Of a DNA stretch of 64,000 nt, positions 34,863 to 57,618 are shown one piece after another. The DNA comes from the human T2T-CHM13v2.0 reference genome, Homo sapiens. The translations under genes were made by a program, and so were the position numbers. The notes beneath the pieces are model-generated. The model saw only the letters and a program-made list of their open reading frames with translations, did no database searches and was not told the DNA's origin. The DNA lies in NCBI RefSeq assembly GCF_009914755.1, contig NC_060941.1, one strand, 5' to 3'. Each line of letters begins with the position of its first letter. Position 1 is the first letter of the stretch.

Positions 34863-37800
34863 CTTATAATAGTTATTATGATTGCTGAGGTTTGCCTCTC
34901 ATTGAAATATTCAGCACAATTTGGAGTCTTTCACTACCAAGGTTGCTGCTTTCTTCATCCAAATGGATTCTCATACCCCATTTGTGAGCTTTCTTTGAGG
35001 TCCAACTTTGTTCTCTAAAACCAGCCAGGGCATGCTTTTCCCTCACCAGCTCTGAATTCTTCCAGGCTAGGCAACTGGAAAAGCCTGGGCTTAGAAACTG
35101 CTTTGTTGGCTTACGGCCCAGCTGAGCTGACCAAAATAGCCAAGAGAAAGACTGTTTGCACAGTGTGAAATTCCTCCAGGGGAAATACCATAGCAAAAAG
35201 CCAAGAAAGCCAGACCCACGATGGCAGGAACCCACAGGCAAAAAAAGCCGAGTTACCCCCAAGGCCTGGGTTGTGGAGATGGAGCCTAGTTCTCTCCAGA
35301 AGAAAAAGCTTCCTAAAGCCTACTGTTGTGGTATTTCTGTAGGCGCGTTTTCTCATTTGCTGGGTCTCAAGAGTAGCATTCTCAGTGAAAGGAACAGTCG
35401 AACAGCCTGCAGCCTGGTGGCCAGGGCTCAGAGGTCTCTCTTCCTGTTACGTGCTCTCCCCAAGTCAGGCCTAGAAAGACCGTGGGACAGGGACACACTC
35501 CCAGCTCTGTGTTGATGGGACAGTGCCGAAGGGTGCCTGGAGTATGCACTGGCAGGTAGCAGGGTCACCTGCCCCAGATTTGAGGTGGGAGGAGGTCAGG
35601 AAAGGCTTTCGCTGAGTGAGAGTATAAATGAGCTCTAAAGGACAGGAGCTGGCCGGGCAAATGGGAGAGAGTGTGCTTCAGGCTCCAAGTGAGACAGGGT
35701 GGCGTGTTTTAATTCCAGAAATGAAAAACTGAAGTGTGTGTTGGGAGAGTTGGAAGGGAAAGAGGTCAGGAGGGAGGACCAGGGAGGGACAGGTTGTTCT
35801 GGCCTTTATAAGTTTATCACAAGAGCATCAGGGAACAATTGAGGGGGTTAATTAGGAGAGTAGCTGGATGGGATTTGCACTTTAAAAAGAGCCTTCTAAC
35901 CAAATTGTGGAGGCTGACTAAGGGGGAGGCCAGAGGCCAGGAAGCAGTTTTAGAGGCCGTAGGCAGTATCTCAGGTGGATCATGGTGATGAGGATGGGGA
36001 GCCTGGGTACACTATAGGGAGATTTGTCTATGAGGTGGAATCATGAGGACTTGATGATTGGTTGGCAGTGAGGGGGATACTCAGGTTTTGTCCTGATTGG
36101 AGATACCAGAAGAGAGGCTGCTTTAACCCAGGATATTCATACAGCCCATAGGCACTGAAGGTGTCCGTGAGCCATGTGCCAGGCCTTGGTGTCTGCAGTT
36201 CAGTGGTGTAAACAGACATGGCCCACCCTGGGGAGCCCTCGCATACATTGGGCTCATGATTAGTTAATGAGTGGTGAGTGTTCCCAAAGGAGTTAGCCTC
36301 ATCTCAGGGGTCCAGAAAGGCCTCTCTGAGGAAATGGCATGCCTGTTACATAATGGCTCTTAAATTATGCTGGGAAAGTCAAACAGCCAGAGACCTGAAG
36401 GGTGAGGTCTTAGCTAGTGAAGAGAACAGAAAGAGCTGTAAGCAAGGAAAGACAGCTGCAGACACTGAAGTTTTTCAAGGATCTGGAAGAAGGCCTGTGG
36501 TGGCTGAGGGTGAGAAGGCTGGACAAAGAATGGGCAAAGCTGTCGCTCAGTGCCCCAGGTGTCTGTGGCCAGCCCTAATGGAAGACCCACAGAGGGCTGG
36601 ATGTACAGGTCTAACACGTGGAGCAGAGATCTGGGCCAGACACAGGCCTATGAGTTGGCAGCCTGTGGAAGGTATGTAAAGCCGTGCGAGTAGGCATGGT
36701 CACCCAGGGAAAGGGTGCTGGGTGAGGAGAAAGGACAGATGTTGGGGAACATCAGTATTTAAGGGTGGCAAAGGAAGAGGAGCCCACAAGGGGAAGAGGT
36801 GGCAGGAGAGGTGGGAGAAAATCCATGGGAATTTTGAGGAAGAGGCACTGGTCAGAGGGGCTATTGGATTGAGCAGCAAGGAGGTCGCTGGTGACCTGGG
36901 CAGGTGCAGCATGAGCGCAGTGCCAGGGTGGATGTCCTAATGCTGCCGGGAAATGAGTGAGTAGGGAAGGAGGGAGGGGACGGCAGGGTGCCAGCAGTTT
37001 TTCTACCAAGTTTGGCCAAAGGGGTAGGAAGAGAAGGCTGTGCTGGAGGGGACAGGAGGTAGAGGCGGATGATCAGTAGTACATCAAGAGTCTAGAAACT
37101 CAGGGGATGCTTTTCTGCTGGTTTTGGAATTAAATTGGTTTCCAATATGGGAAAGGAATGTTGTGTGTGGTCCCATCGGGCACCTGCAACCCCATCCCTA
37201 TGCCATGCTGCCTTCAAACTTTGTTTGATGCCCCTGGAGTTTTCCATGGAACCTAAGAGAGGTACTATTGCTTGTATAGTAAATAATTGTAAAACTTCAC
37301 CAGCTTGGGGACTGTTGGGAAAGTTTTAGCCAACCTAACTTAATGAAAAGTCTGAATGATATAACTTTGAAAGCAATGCAGCTTTTTCTTTCAAGAATAT
37401 GCACTAATCCCACTTACCTATGTTGTTAAGTGTTGGTTTCAGTGACCGGATGTAAACTACTGTTAAAACCAAGTGGCACTATTAAAATGGCGGAAGTGGT
37501 ATAAAACAATTATTCTGACTAAGGGTCCCTTTGCAATCTTCGAACACCATTTAGGCTCGCTTTAAATAGTATGAAAGAAAAGTTAAGCATAATTTATGTC
37601 CAAATTGTATATTTTAAATATAAAGTTCCAAATTAATGAGGTTCTAAAGTGCCTTTGATCATAGTCTTACAGTTAGGTATCTATGCTACCTCTTCTTAAC
37701 CACTTTTCATTTCCAAACATCAGTGGGAAATGCCTCTCTTTTCCTTTTCGTGGTTAATTCTGTAGTGGCAGGGAGATCGGTCTCTCTTTTGGTTGCCCAG

Positions 37801-38194
37801 GTCTGCAGCCTGTGGCCATAAAGCTCTGAGTGACGCTAGGGAAGATACTTGCAAACATTGGTTTGAGATCTATAGGAGTATTTCAGGAACCAGCTGGGGA
37901 GGAAAATGAAACCAAGCTGAAATGGTGCAACGTCCAGCACTAGCAGTCTGCAGCTTGCTTCAGTAGATTCTGCTTTAACCTCCTAACTGAAGAGTCACTC
38001 AGAACCCAGCCCAGTGTCCAAACAGTTTGAGTCCAGGGTAATAAGGACTGCAGAGAGGGAGATGATGAAGAAACGCTAGGCCAGTTTTTATTTCGTCTCA
38101 TTTCATTTACACTCTGCGCGGATCCTATGTCTCTTGTTTTATAATAGAGGATGTCTAAGAGAGTCATTCACTAATTTTAGCTAAGCAAACCTGA

Positions 38195-38647
<453 letters not shown>

Positions 38648-38654
38648 ATGAATA

Positions 38655-43500
<4,846 letters not shown>

Positions 43501-43800
43501 TCTTTTGGATGACTTAAGTGCACAGTAGAGAGTCCCTTCATTACTTCCTCAACCTTATTTTTCTTTATTTAAGAAAAAAAGTACAGTAGAATATATTTAT
43601 CATGGGAAAATGAAAAAGTACAGAAAACCAAGGTGCAAAATAAGTTTAAGTCAAACAAAACTCAACTGCTAGGAGATAATGGCTTAAGACTTTTTCCTAT
43701 TTGATTATATTCATATATAGAAATATATACACATTTAAACAAAAATAGAATTTACTCTGTTTTCATTCTCCTTGTTATATCCAGTTAGTCATTAGCTCTA

Positions 43801-45021
<1,221 letters not shown>

Positions 45022-45105
45022 TAGAAAAAAAGAAAATCTGAGGCAAGTGGGCTTGCGTTCTTTTTGGGCATTTTATACATTACTCCATCTCTTTTCTTCC
45101 AACAG

Positions 45106-45182
45106 ATCCACAGACCAGCATGGCTGCCACTGCTGCTGTGAGTCCCAGTGACTACCTGCAGCCTGCCGCCTCCACCACCCAG
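45106..45182 (+). CDS. SP2: SP2 coding exon 2 (77 nt; DPQTSMAATAAVSPSDYLQPAASTTQ)
   Basis: Polypyrimidine tract + AACAG| acceptor; ends CAG|GCGAGT (GC donor); 7+77=84 nt keeps frame with exon 3. Confidence 0.93.
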
Positions 45183-45949
45183 GCGAGTAGGCAGTGGGCT
45201 CCGAGGGCTTGGGGCTGCAGCATCCTGGACAGACTCACCGAAAACACTCTCTCTTCACTGTCTCACTATAAATACCCTAGGTTATGAGACTGGGGAAGGT
45301 TCAGTTAGCCACATTTTCTTTACTGAGAAACTATGGCCATTTACCTAAGGTGCCGCAGTTGGGCCAGGGGGAAAAACAAGGATTAAACTCTGTGTTCCTT
45401 CCACCAGACCTCACTAAAAAAGGAAAAGGAAAACAGAGGCTTTCTCATTGTCTCGAAAGTGTAGCCCTCCCCAGTCTATAAAGTTACATGTTCCGAGTAC
45501 TAAAAAGCACTTTACTGAAGTATTTATTCCTCCTGTTGCCCCTCCATTTTTTCCTCCCTCCTTTCCTCAGTTGAGCAATCAGGGACCCCTCAGTCCCTGG
45601 GGTGGGCTAACAAACTCCATCTGAGAGCCAAACATGCTTCACTGTCCTTAGAAACAAGGCCAGCGGAGAGTAGGAAGTCAGCTCGTGCTGTTAGTTTACC
45701 CTGTCTGTGGGGTGCTGCCAGGGGTTCCTTCCTGAGAAAGACATTGCCCACCTTTTCTCCCTCACTTAATGGAGAAACCAGTAGAGAAGGGGAGACAGCA
45801 GCCAAGCAGGGGAGGGTACTGGCAACATGCCTGCCCCGGAGGTGGGGAAGACTGGCGTGGAATGCCGCCAGGAGGAGAGGATCATGGACAGAGGCGGCCG
45901 GGCAGCGGGCCTTCCTGTCTCACTCCTTTTCTCTGCTGTTTTTTTGCAG

Positions 45950-46924
45950 GACTCCCAGCCATCTCCCTTAGCCCTGCTTGCTGCAACATGTAGCAAAATT
46001 GGCCCTCCAGCAGTTGAAGCTGCTGTGACACCTCCTGCTCCCCCACAGCCCACACCGCGGAAACTTGTCCCTATCAAACCTGCCCCTCTCCCTCTCAGCC
46101 CCGGCAAGAATAGCTTTGGAATCTTGTCCTCCAAAGGAAATATACTTCAGATTCAGGGGTCACAACTGAGCGCCTCCTATCCTGGAGGGCAGCTGGTGTT
46201 CGCTATCCAGAATCCCACCATGATCAACAAAGGGACCCGATCAAATGCCAATATCCAGTACCAGGCGGTCCCTCAGATTCAGGCAAGCAATTCCCAAACC
46301 ATCCAAGTACAGCCCAATCTCACCAACCAGATCCAGATCATCCCTGGCACCAACCAAGCCATCATCACCCCCTCACCGTCCAGTCACAAGCCTGTCCCCA
46401 TCAAGCCAGCCCCCATCCAGAAGTCGAGTACGACCACCACCCCCGTGCAGAGCGGGGCCAATGTGGTGAAGTTGACAGGTGGGGGCGGCAATGTGACGCT
46501 CACTCTGCCCGTCAACAACCTCGTGAACGCCAGTGACACCGGGGCCCCTACTCAGCTCCTCACTGAAAGCCCCCCAACCCCACTGTCTAAGACTAACAAG
46601 AAAGCAAGGAAGAAGAGCCTTCCTGCCTCCCAGCCCCCTGTGGCTGTGGCTGAGCAGGTGGAGACGGTGCTGATCGAGACCACCGCGGACAACATCATCC
46701 AGGCAGGAAATAACCTGCTCATTGTTCAGAGCCCTGGTGGGGGCCAGCCAGCTGTGGTCCAGCAGGTCCAGGTGGTGCCCCCCAAGGCCGAGCAGCAGCA
46801 GGTGGTACAGATCCCCCAGCAGGCTCTGCGGGTGGTGCAGGCGGCATCTGCCACCCTCCCCACTGTACCCCAGAAGCCCTCCCAGAACTTTCAGATCCAG
46901 GCAGCTGAGCCGACACCTACTCAG
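45950..46924 (+). CDS. SP2: SP2 coding exon 3 (975 nt; Sp box SPLALLAATCSKIG and Q/S/T-rich activation region)
   Basis: TTTTTGCAG| acceptor, CAG|GTACCA donor; lies inside ORF 45827-47056; Sp-box motif. Confidence 0.97.
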
Positions 46925-48086
46925 GTACCACACTCCCTGTACTGTCCTCCTTCTCCTCCTCTGGTTATCTCTTTTTGGCTTGCTTTGAAGATGATGCTGG
47001 TCATCTCCCAGCTTGATCTGACCTTGAGAGTCAGTATCTTTTGGGGTGGGCAGTAAGTGGCCGTTTCTACCTGACAAATGGGCTCTCTTTAGTTCATAGG
47101 GCCAAGTACTTCTTATCTTTAGAAATTGATGAAACATAGGGATATTTTGGCCCCTTTTCCTTATAGGTTGTTTTTTTTCAGGGGATGGTGAGGGGATAGA
47201 TACATACTTGTTAATAACTTATTTTTGATTATAGAATTACTCAAAACATTAGCAAGAATGAAAACATTCCAGTTCATAGAATTTTATGTAAAGTAAGAAA
47301 ATTAATGAGAAAAATGCTGATCATTATTAATGACAAGAAAAAAACAGGAAGAGCAGCCTAGCTTTATAGCAGGAATATTTAGGCTAGATTCATCTGGAAT
47401 GTTTGTTTGTTTTAGGGTGTTTTTTTTTTTTTGAGATAGGGTCATACTCTGTTGTCCGGGCTGGAGTGCAGTGATGCGGTCACTACAGTCTTAATCTCCT
47501 GGGCTCAAGCAATCCTCCCACCTCAGCCTGAGTAGCCAGGACTACAGGTGTATGTCACCATGCCAGGCTGAGCCACTGCTTCCTGCCAAACTGGGATGCT
47601 GAATTCAACAAGAATGTTCTTATTTTTGGCATTTATTAATGTGCTCTAATACTCTGGAATCTCTTTGGCTCTGTGAGGCAAGTTTTATTCTTTGTTCATG
47701 CCTGCTAAGTGCCAGTAATTGTGCCCATGTTGCAGATGGATAACCCAGAACTCAGATAATTTATGAAGTATCCAAGATCAAATAGGGCATAAATGACAGG
47801 AACCAGGAGTCAATTGAGATTTGTAACTTCAGACCCCACACTCTTCCATCTTCCACCTTGACTCTTGTGTCTTATGTGTAGCAGGTGCTACCATTAAAAT
47901 TGAGGAGTTTTTTTTTTTTTAATATAAAAAACAGTTCCTGCCATCGAGGAATGTATGACCTAGTTGTCTATAGAGGAAGAACCGAATGACTGAGAGTGGG
48001 AAGTTGTGTAATTTCCTGGGTGGAGAAGAGAGCCTTTGAATTTGAACTGTGGACATAGAAATCACACAGGAATTCACCCTTCTGGC

Positions 48087-48254
48087 ATATTTAATGTTGC
48101 CAGGTATTTTTTATAAGTCATTTATCACAATATCTGTGAATTCCCATGATCAGACCTACCCTACAGGTGATATTTTATGTTGCCAGGTGATTTTTTATAA
48201 GTCATCTATCACAAATATCTGTGAATTCCCATGATCAGACCTACCTTACAGGTG
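48087..48254. repeat. Tandem duplication, 2 x about 83 bp
   Basis: ATGTTGCCAGG...GATCAGACCTACCYTACAGGTGA repeated head-to-tail; copies start at 48087 and 48170. Confidence 0.95.
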
Positions 48255-48577
48255 AAGAATTGTGGCACCTGCTCAGGAGCACATCCTCGGCATTGCCTCC
48301 CCTCCCTTCCATGAGGTCCCATTTCTTGAGGTTGATGGAGACAGGACTAAAACCCAGGTCTTCCCTAAGGAAATAATGATACATATGCAGAAAGATTTAG
48401 CTACAGTATTATTTTTTCATGACTACACAGCTTTATAACATCCCAACATGCTGATTATTATACAACTGATACCTTGTTAACTGTATATATCTAGGCTGTT
48501 TCCAATCTTACAGCTAAATAAATCCCTGAAAGTGGGTCAAGGACACGTACATTTTTAAAAAATTTGTATTCTATATT

Positions 48578-48785
48578 AGAGGTTTGCAGTCTGTGACCAA
48601 CTTTGAAGCCAAATCTAGCCCACCTGCCTGTTTTTGTAAATAAAGTTTAATTGGAGTGCAGACACGTCCATTTGTGTTGCCCTTGCACTACAGTAGTAGC
48701 ACAGTTAAGTAGCAGAGACAATATGCCCCGCAAAGCTAAAATATTTACTCTCCGGCCCTTTATAAAAAAAGCTTGCTGAACCTTC
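48578..48785. mobile_element. MER58A-like DNA transposon
   Basis: GCCAAATCTAGCCCACCTGCCTGTTTTTGTAAATAAAGTTT...GCAAAGCTAAAATATTTACT. Confidence 0.75.
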
Positions 48786-48794
48786 AGATGCAAA

Positions 48795-48838
48795 TACACA
48801 CACACACACATGCATGCACGCATACACACACACACACA
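48795..48838. repeat. (CA)n/(TGCA) alternating purine-pyrimidine tract
   Basis: About 44 nt of uninterrupted RY alternation. Confidence 0.9.
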
Positions 48839-48923
48839 AAATCAGACATAAAATATCAGTGATTTGAAAAAGGGGCACATATCAGAAAACTGGGAATGAG
48901 ATTTGCATATTTACTAAGAAATG

Positions 48924-49214
48924 GGCCAGGTGAGGTAGTTTATGCCTGTAATCCCAGCACTTTGGGAGGCTGAGGCTAGAGATTGCTTGAGCCCAGGAAT
49001 TCAAGACCAGCCTGGGCAAGATAGCAAGACCCCATCTCTACAAAAAAATTAAAAATTAGTGAGGCATGGTGCTACACACCTGTAGTCCCAGCTATTCAGG
49101 AGGCTGAGGTGGGAGGATCACTTGAACCCATGAGTTCGAGATTGCAGTGAACTATGATCATTCTACTGCATTTTAGCCTGGGTGACAGAGACCCTGTCTC
49201 TATTTAAAAAAAAA
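48924..49214 (+). mobile_element. AluJ
   Basis: Alu consensus. Confidence 0.88.
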
Positions 49215-49339
49215 AATTTTTTTTTAAAGAGATGAGATGTTTGTTAGCTTTTAAGTGAGAAGAAGCACAGTCATAAATAATCCAGGAATTAAAAATTACC
49301 CAAATCAAAATCACAACAGGATTTTTTTTTTACAAAGAA

Positions 49340-52300
<2,961 letters not shown>

Positions 52301-52762
52301 TTTTCTGATAACAAAGACCAGAAACTTTTTTTTTTTTGAGACAGCGTATTGCTCTGTCACCCAGGCTAAGTGCAGTAGAGGAATCATAGCTTATGAAAAC
52401 CTGGAATTCCTGGGCTCTAAAATGTGGCTCTTAAAAACTAAAGTGAACCTGTGTCATTTGTTTGATGGTCATTCACAGTGCACTGCCTTCTAAATCTCCA
52501 ATTCTGATTCTTGGCAATTACTTTTTCCATGCTAAGTAAATTCAACGTTTGGTTTCAAATCAATAGTCAACATTCGCCAGCTTAGTATAGGATGCCAGCA
52601 GCCATTTGTCGAGCATTAGCTGTGTATAAATGTAGGTTTGGGTGAATTGAAGAGACTTTTAGTGGACAGGCGCCCCCAGTTCTCACTTGGGCAGGGACAT
52701 TTGAAGGCCCCAGGAACCTAGTCTCTTCCAGGCACTGATTTTTTTTCTCTGGCCCCTCCCAG

Positions 52763-53075
52763 GTCTACATCCGCACGCCTTCCGGTGAGGTGCAGACAGT
52801 CCTTGTCCAGGACAGCCCCCCAGCAACAGCTGCAGCCACCTCTAACACCACCTGTAGCAGCCCTGCATCCCGTGCTCCCCATCTGAGTGGGACCAGCAAA
52901 AAGCACTCAGCTGCAATTCTCCGAAAAGAGCGTCCCCTGCCAAAGATTGCCCCAGCCGGGAGCATCATCAGCCTGAATGCAGCCCAGTTGGCGGCAGCTG
53001 CCCAGGCAATGCAGACCATCAACATCAATGGTGTCCAGGTCCAGGGCGTGCCTGTCACCATCACCAACACAGGCG
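52763..53075 (+). CDS. SP2: SP2 coding exon 4 (313 nt; VYIRTPSGEV...TITNTG)
   Basis: CCCTCCCAG| acceptor, GCG|GTGAGG donor; matches ORF 52790-53125. Confidence 0.96.
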
Positions 53076-53552
53076 GTGAGGATGGCCCCTGTGGCCAGGG
53101 TGTTGGCAGTGGTACCTGCTCCTAGCAGGTGGAAACTATGGGCTGGCCCCGGGATTTCCAGTAACAATAGTGAGGATGCTGTCCATCATAGCTTAAGGGT
53201 ACGTCCACCTGCAGCTTCTCACCTAGTCCTTACAATAGCACTCAGAGATAGTTTAAGGCACATGTCCCCATCTGACAGCTGAAGACAGAGAAGATAGATG
53301 TACTCGGAAAACTTTCCAACTGACATCCAAACGCAAAGACGGCTTCTTGAAGGAGAAAGCCTTGCGTTAAGGTTGGAAGAAAAGAAGGGAGCCCTGGCAG
53401 TCAGAATAGTTTGTGCTGCACTTCAGTTCAGTGGTGAGATTTATGCTGTGAAACCAGCCTTGCAAATAACCAAAGGAAAAATTGGAGCAACCTAGCAAAA
53501 ATGGCTCCTTATGTAGGGGGAGCTCTCTGAATTTCTCTTCATCCTTAATGAA

Positions 53553-54232
53553 TTTTTTTTTTGAGACAGAGCCTCACTCTGTCGCCCAGGCTGGAGTGCA
53601 GTGGTGCGATCTCTGCTTCAGCCTCCCGAGTAGCTGGGATTATAGACGCCCACCACCACGCCCGACTAATTTTTGTATTTTTCGTAGAGATGGGGTTTCA
53701 CCGTCTTGGCCAGGCTGGTCTTGAACTCCTGACCTGGTGATCCATCCGCCTCAGCCTCCCAAAATGCTGGGATTACAGGTGTGAGCCACCGTGCCCAGCC
53801 CATCCTTAATGAATGTTTAGCACTTTAACACATTTGCTTTTCCCTCTTGAGGTGACCCCCAAGAGGATAAGGCATCCTAGAGGATCTGATTTTTCCCAAA
53901 GCCCATAGAACTGTGTCCTCTTTTGTGTTTTTTGGTTTTTTTTTTTTTAAGACATGGCCTCAGGGCCTCACTCTGTCATCCAGGCTGAAGTGCAGTGGCA
54001 CGATCATGACAATGCAGCCTCAGCCTCCTGGGCTCAAGCAGTCCTCCTACTTCTTCTTCCTGAGTAGCTGGGACTACAGGCATGTAGCACCATGCCCGGC
54101 CAATTTTTTAGTTTTTTGTAGAGATGGGGGTCTCCCTATATTGCCCAGGCTGGTCTTGAACTCCTGGGCCCAAGCAATTGTCCTGCCTGCCAGAGTGCTG
54201 GGATTACAGCTATGAGCCACTGTACCTAGCCT
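53553..54232 (-). mobile_element. Two Alus in intron 4 (first has an internal deletion)
   Basis: Alu consensus on -. Confidence 0.87.
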
Positions 54233-54394
54233 GTGACCTCTTGTCTTTTTAACAGAAATCCCTGGAGACTTTCCTAAAAGCAGAGTTGGTATCTCACAGG
54301 GGCCTAAGGTTGGAGGAGATTCAGGAAGAAATGTCTTAAGACCCTTCCCAGCTGAAATCATGTTGGCAATATTCTAAAGCAAATTCTGCCTACA

Positions 54395-54620
54395 TAGTAC
54401 AGTGGTTCAGGGCACTGACTTTGAAATGGGCTTCCTGGGTTCAGATCTGGGTTCTACCACTTACTAGCTGTGTGATCTTGATATGTTATTGAGCCTCAGT
54501 TTCTTCATCTGTAAAGTGCTGATGATAGTACCTATTTTATAGGGTCATGGAGATTAAATGAGTCCCTGTACAAAGGTCCTTAAAATGATATCCAACATAC
54601 AGCAGGCTCTCAAAAATAGC
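54395..54620 (+). mobile_element. MIR
   Basis: CCACTTACTAGCTGTGTGATCTTG...CCTCAGTTTCTTCATCTGTAAAG. Confidence 0.82.
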
Positions 54621-54720
54621 TGCTGTGATTATCATCTTTGTCATGTGCAGAAGGGCAGAAGGGTTGACTCGAGGTTTCAGGCTTCCTCACCCTGAACTCT
54701 GCCCCTCTTTGTCCCCACAG

Positions 54721-54895
54721 GGCAGCAGCAGCTGACAGTGCAGAATGTTTCTGGGAACAACCTGACCATCAGTGGGCTGAGCCCCACCCAGATCCAGCTG
54801 CAAATGGAACAAGCCCTGGCCGGAGAGACCCAGCCCGGGGAGAAGCGGCGCCGCATGGCCTGCACGTGTCCCAACTGCAAGGATGGGGAGAAGAG
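54721..54895 (+). CDS. SP2: SP2 coding exon 5 (175 nt; includes Buttonhead box RRMACTCPNCKDG)
   Basis: CCCCACAG| acceptor, GAG|GTAATT donor; CTCPNC Btd box typical of Sp factors. Confidence 0.96.
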
Positions 54896-55149
54896 GTAAT
54901 TCAAGGAGAAGGCCCAAGCCACAAGGCTGGCCTGTGTTCCCCAAGCCCCTCCTGGACAGTTGTCCAGAGCTGCAAGCTGGCACAGACCAGGCAAGGAAGA
55001 GCTGGCAGCTCTGTGCCACCTTGCCCCCTGCCTCCTTGTGCTCTCTGACCTGACCCCACATCCTCACTGCATCCTGTTCCTGCCCCATCCTCTACCGCTT
55101 TTCTCTCCTCTTCCTATTCCCTCCACTCCACCCTCACCCCAATTCTCAG

Positions 55150-55343
55150 GTCTGGAGAGCAGGGCAAGAAGAAGCACGTTTGCCACATCCCCGACTGTGG
55201 CAAGACGTTCCGTAAGACGTCCTTGCTGCGTGCCCATGTGCGCCTGCACACTGGCGAGCGGCCCTTTGTCTGCAACTGGTTCTTCTGTGGGAAGAGGTTC
55301 ACACGGAGTGACGAGCTCCAACGGCATGCTCGCACCCACACAG
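55150..55343 (+). CDS. SP2: SP2 coding exon 6 (194 nt; C2H2 zinc fingers 1 and 2)
   Basis: TTCTCAG| acceptor, CAG|GTCAGC donor; [56 protein letters not shown]. Confidence 0.97.
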
Positions 55344-55654
55344 GTCAGCCCCCTGCCTTCGGGACCCTCCACCCACAGAGGTCAAATTCCTGCCTCTCCT
55401 CCCACCCCCACTCTACCGGCTTTAGCAACATTGACACTCCTGGAACTGCCACACTGAGCAAAAGCTACAGACTATCTAGGGACGACATAGGAAATTATTT
55501 TCAAGCCATTCTGTTATCACTGTTGTTTCCCCAAGTAATGGGAAAGGAATAGTTGTCATTGCATGACACAACCTGATAACTTTTGCCATGTCAGCATAGT
55601 TATTTAACAAACACTGACATGGTGTGCCAAGCACAGTACTAAGCACTTTACTGA

Positions 55655-57346
<1,692 letters not shown>

Positions 57347-57517
57347 GATATAGATGAGTAAGCACCAGTGAGCAAATGTGAGAGCAGGAGGTGGGCAGAA
57401 TGTGGTGACAAGGCCATGTCAGCTTGATTGGGTGCACCTCACACGCACCCCACCTTTTTGGGCAGAGACAGGGTCTGTGCACAGGGTCTGTGGGTGATGG
57501 GCATCTCCTCTTCCCAG

Positions 57518-57618
57518 GGGACAAACGCTTCGAGTGCGCCCAGTGTCAGAAGCGCTTCATGAGGAGTGACCACCTCACCAAGCATTACAAGACCCACCTG
57601 GTCACGAAGAACTTGTAA
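57518..57618 (+). CDS. SP2: SP2 coding exon 7 (zinc finger 3 and stop TAA)
   Basis: CTTCCCAG| acceptor; [33 protein letters not shown]; total CDS 1842 nt. Confidence 0.97.

Noticed and set aside
46373-47137. 254-aa minus-strand ORF
   Set aside because: Antisense shadow of SP2 exon 3 caused by its codon bias; no recognisable domain
54721-54731. Tandem CAG acceptors at the start of exon 5
   Set aside because: Shifts of 5, 8 and 11 nt are all out of frame; this is simply the QQQ coding sequence
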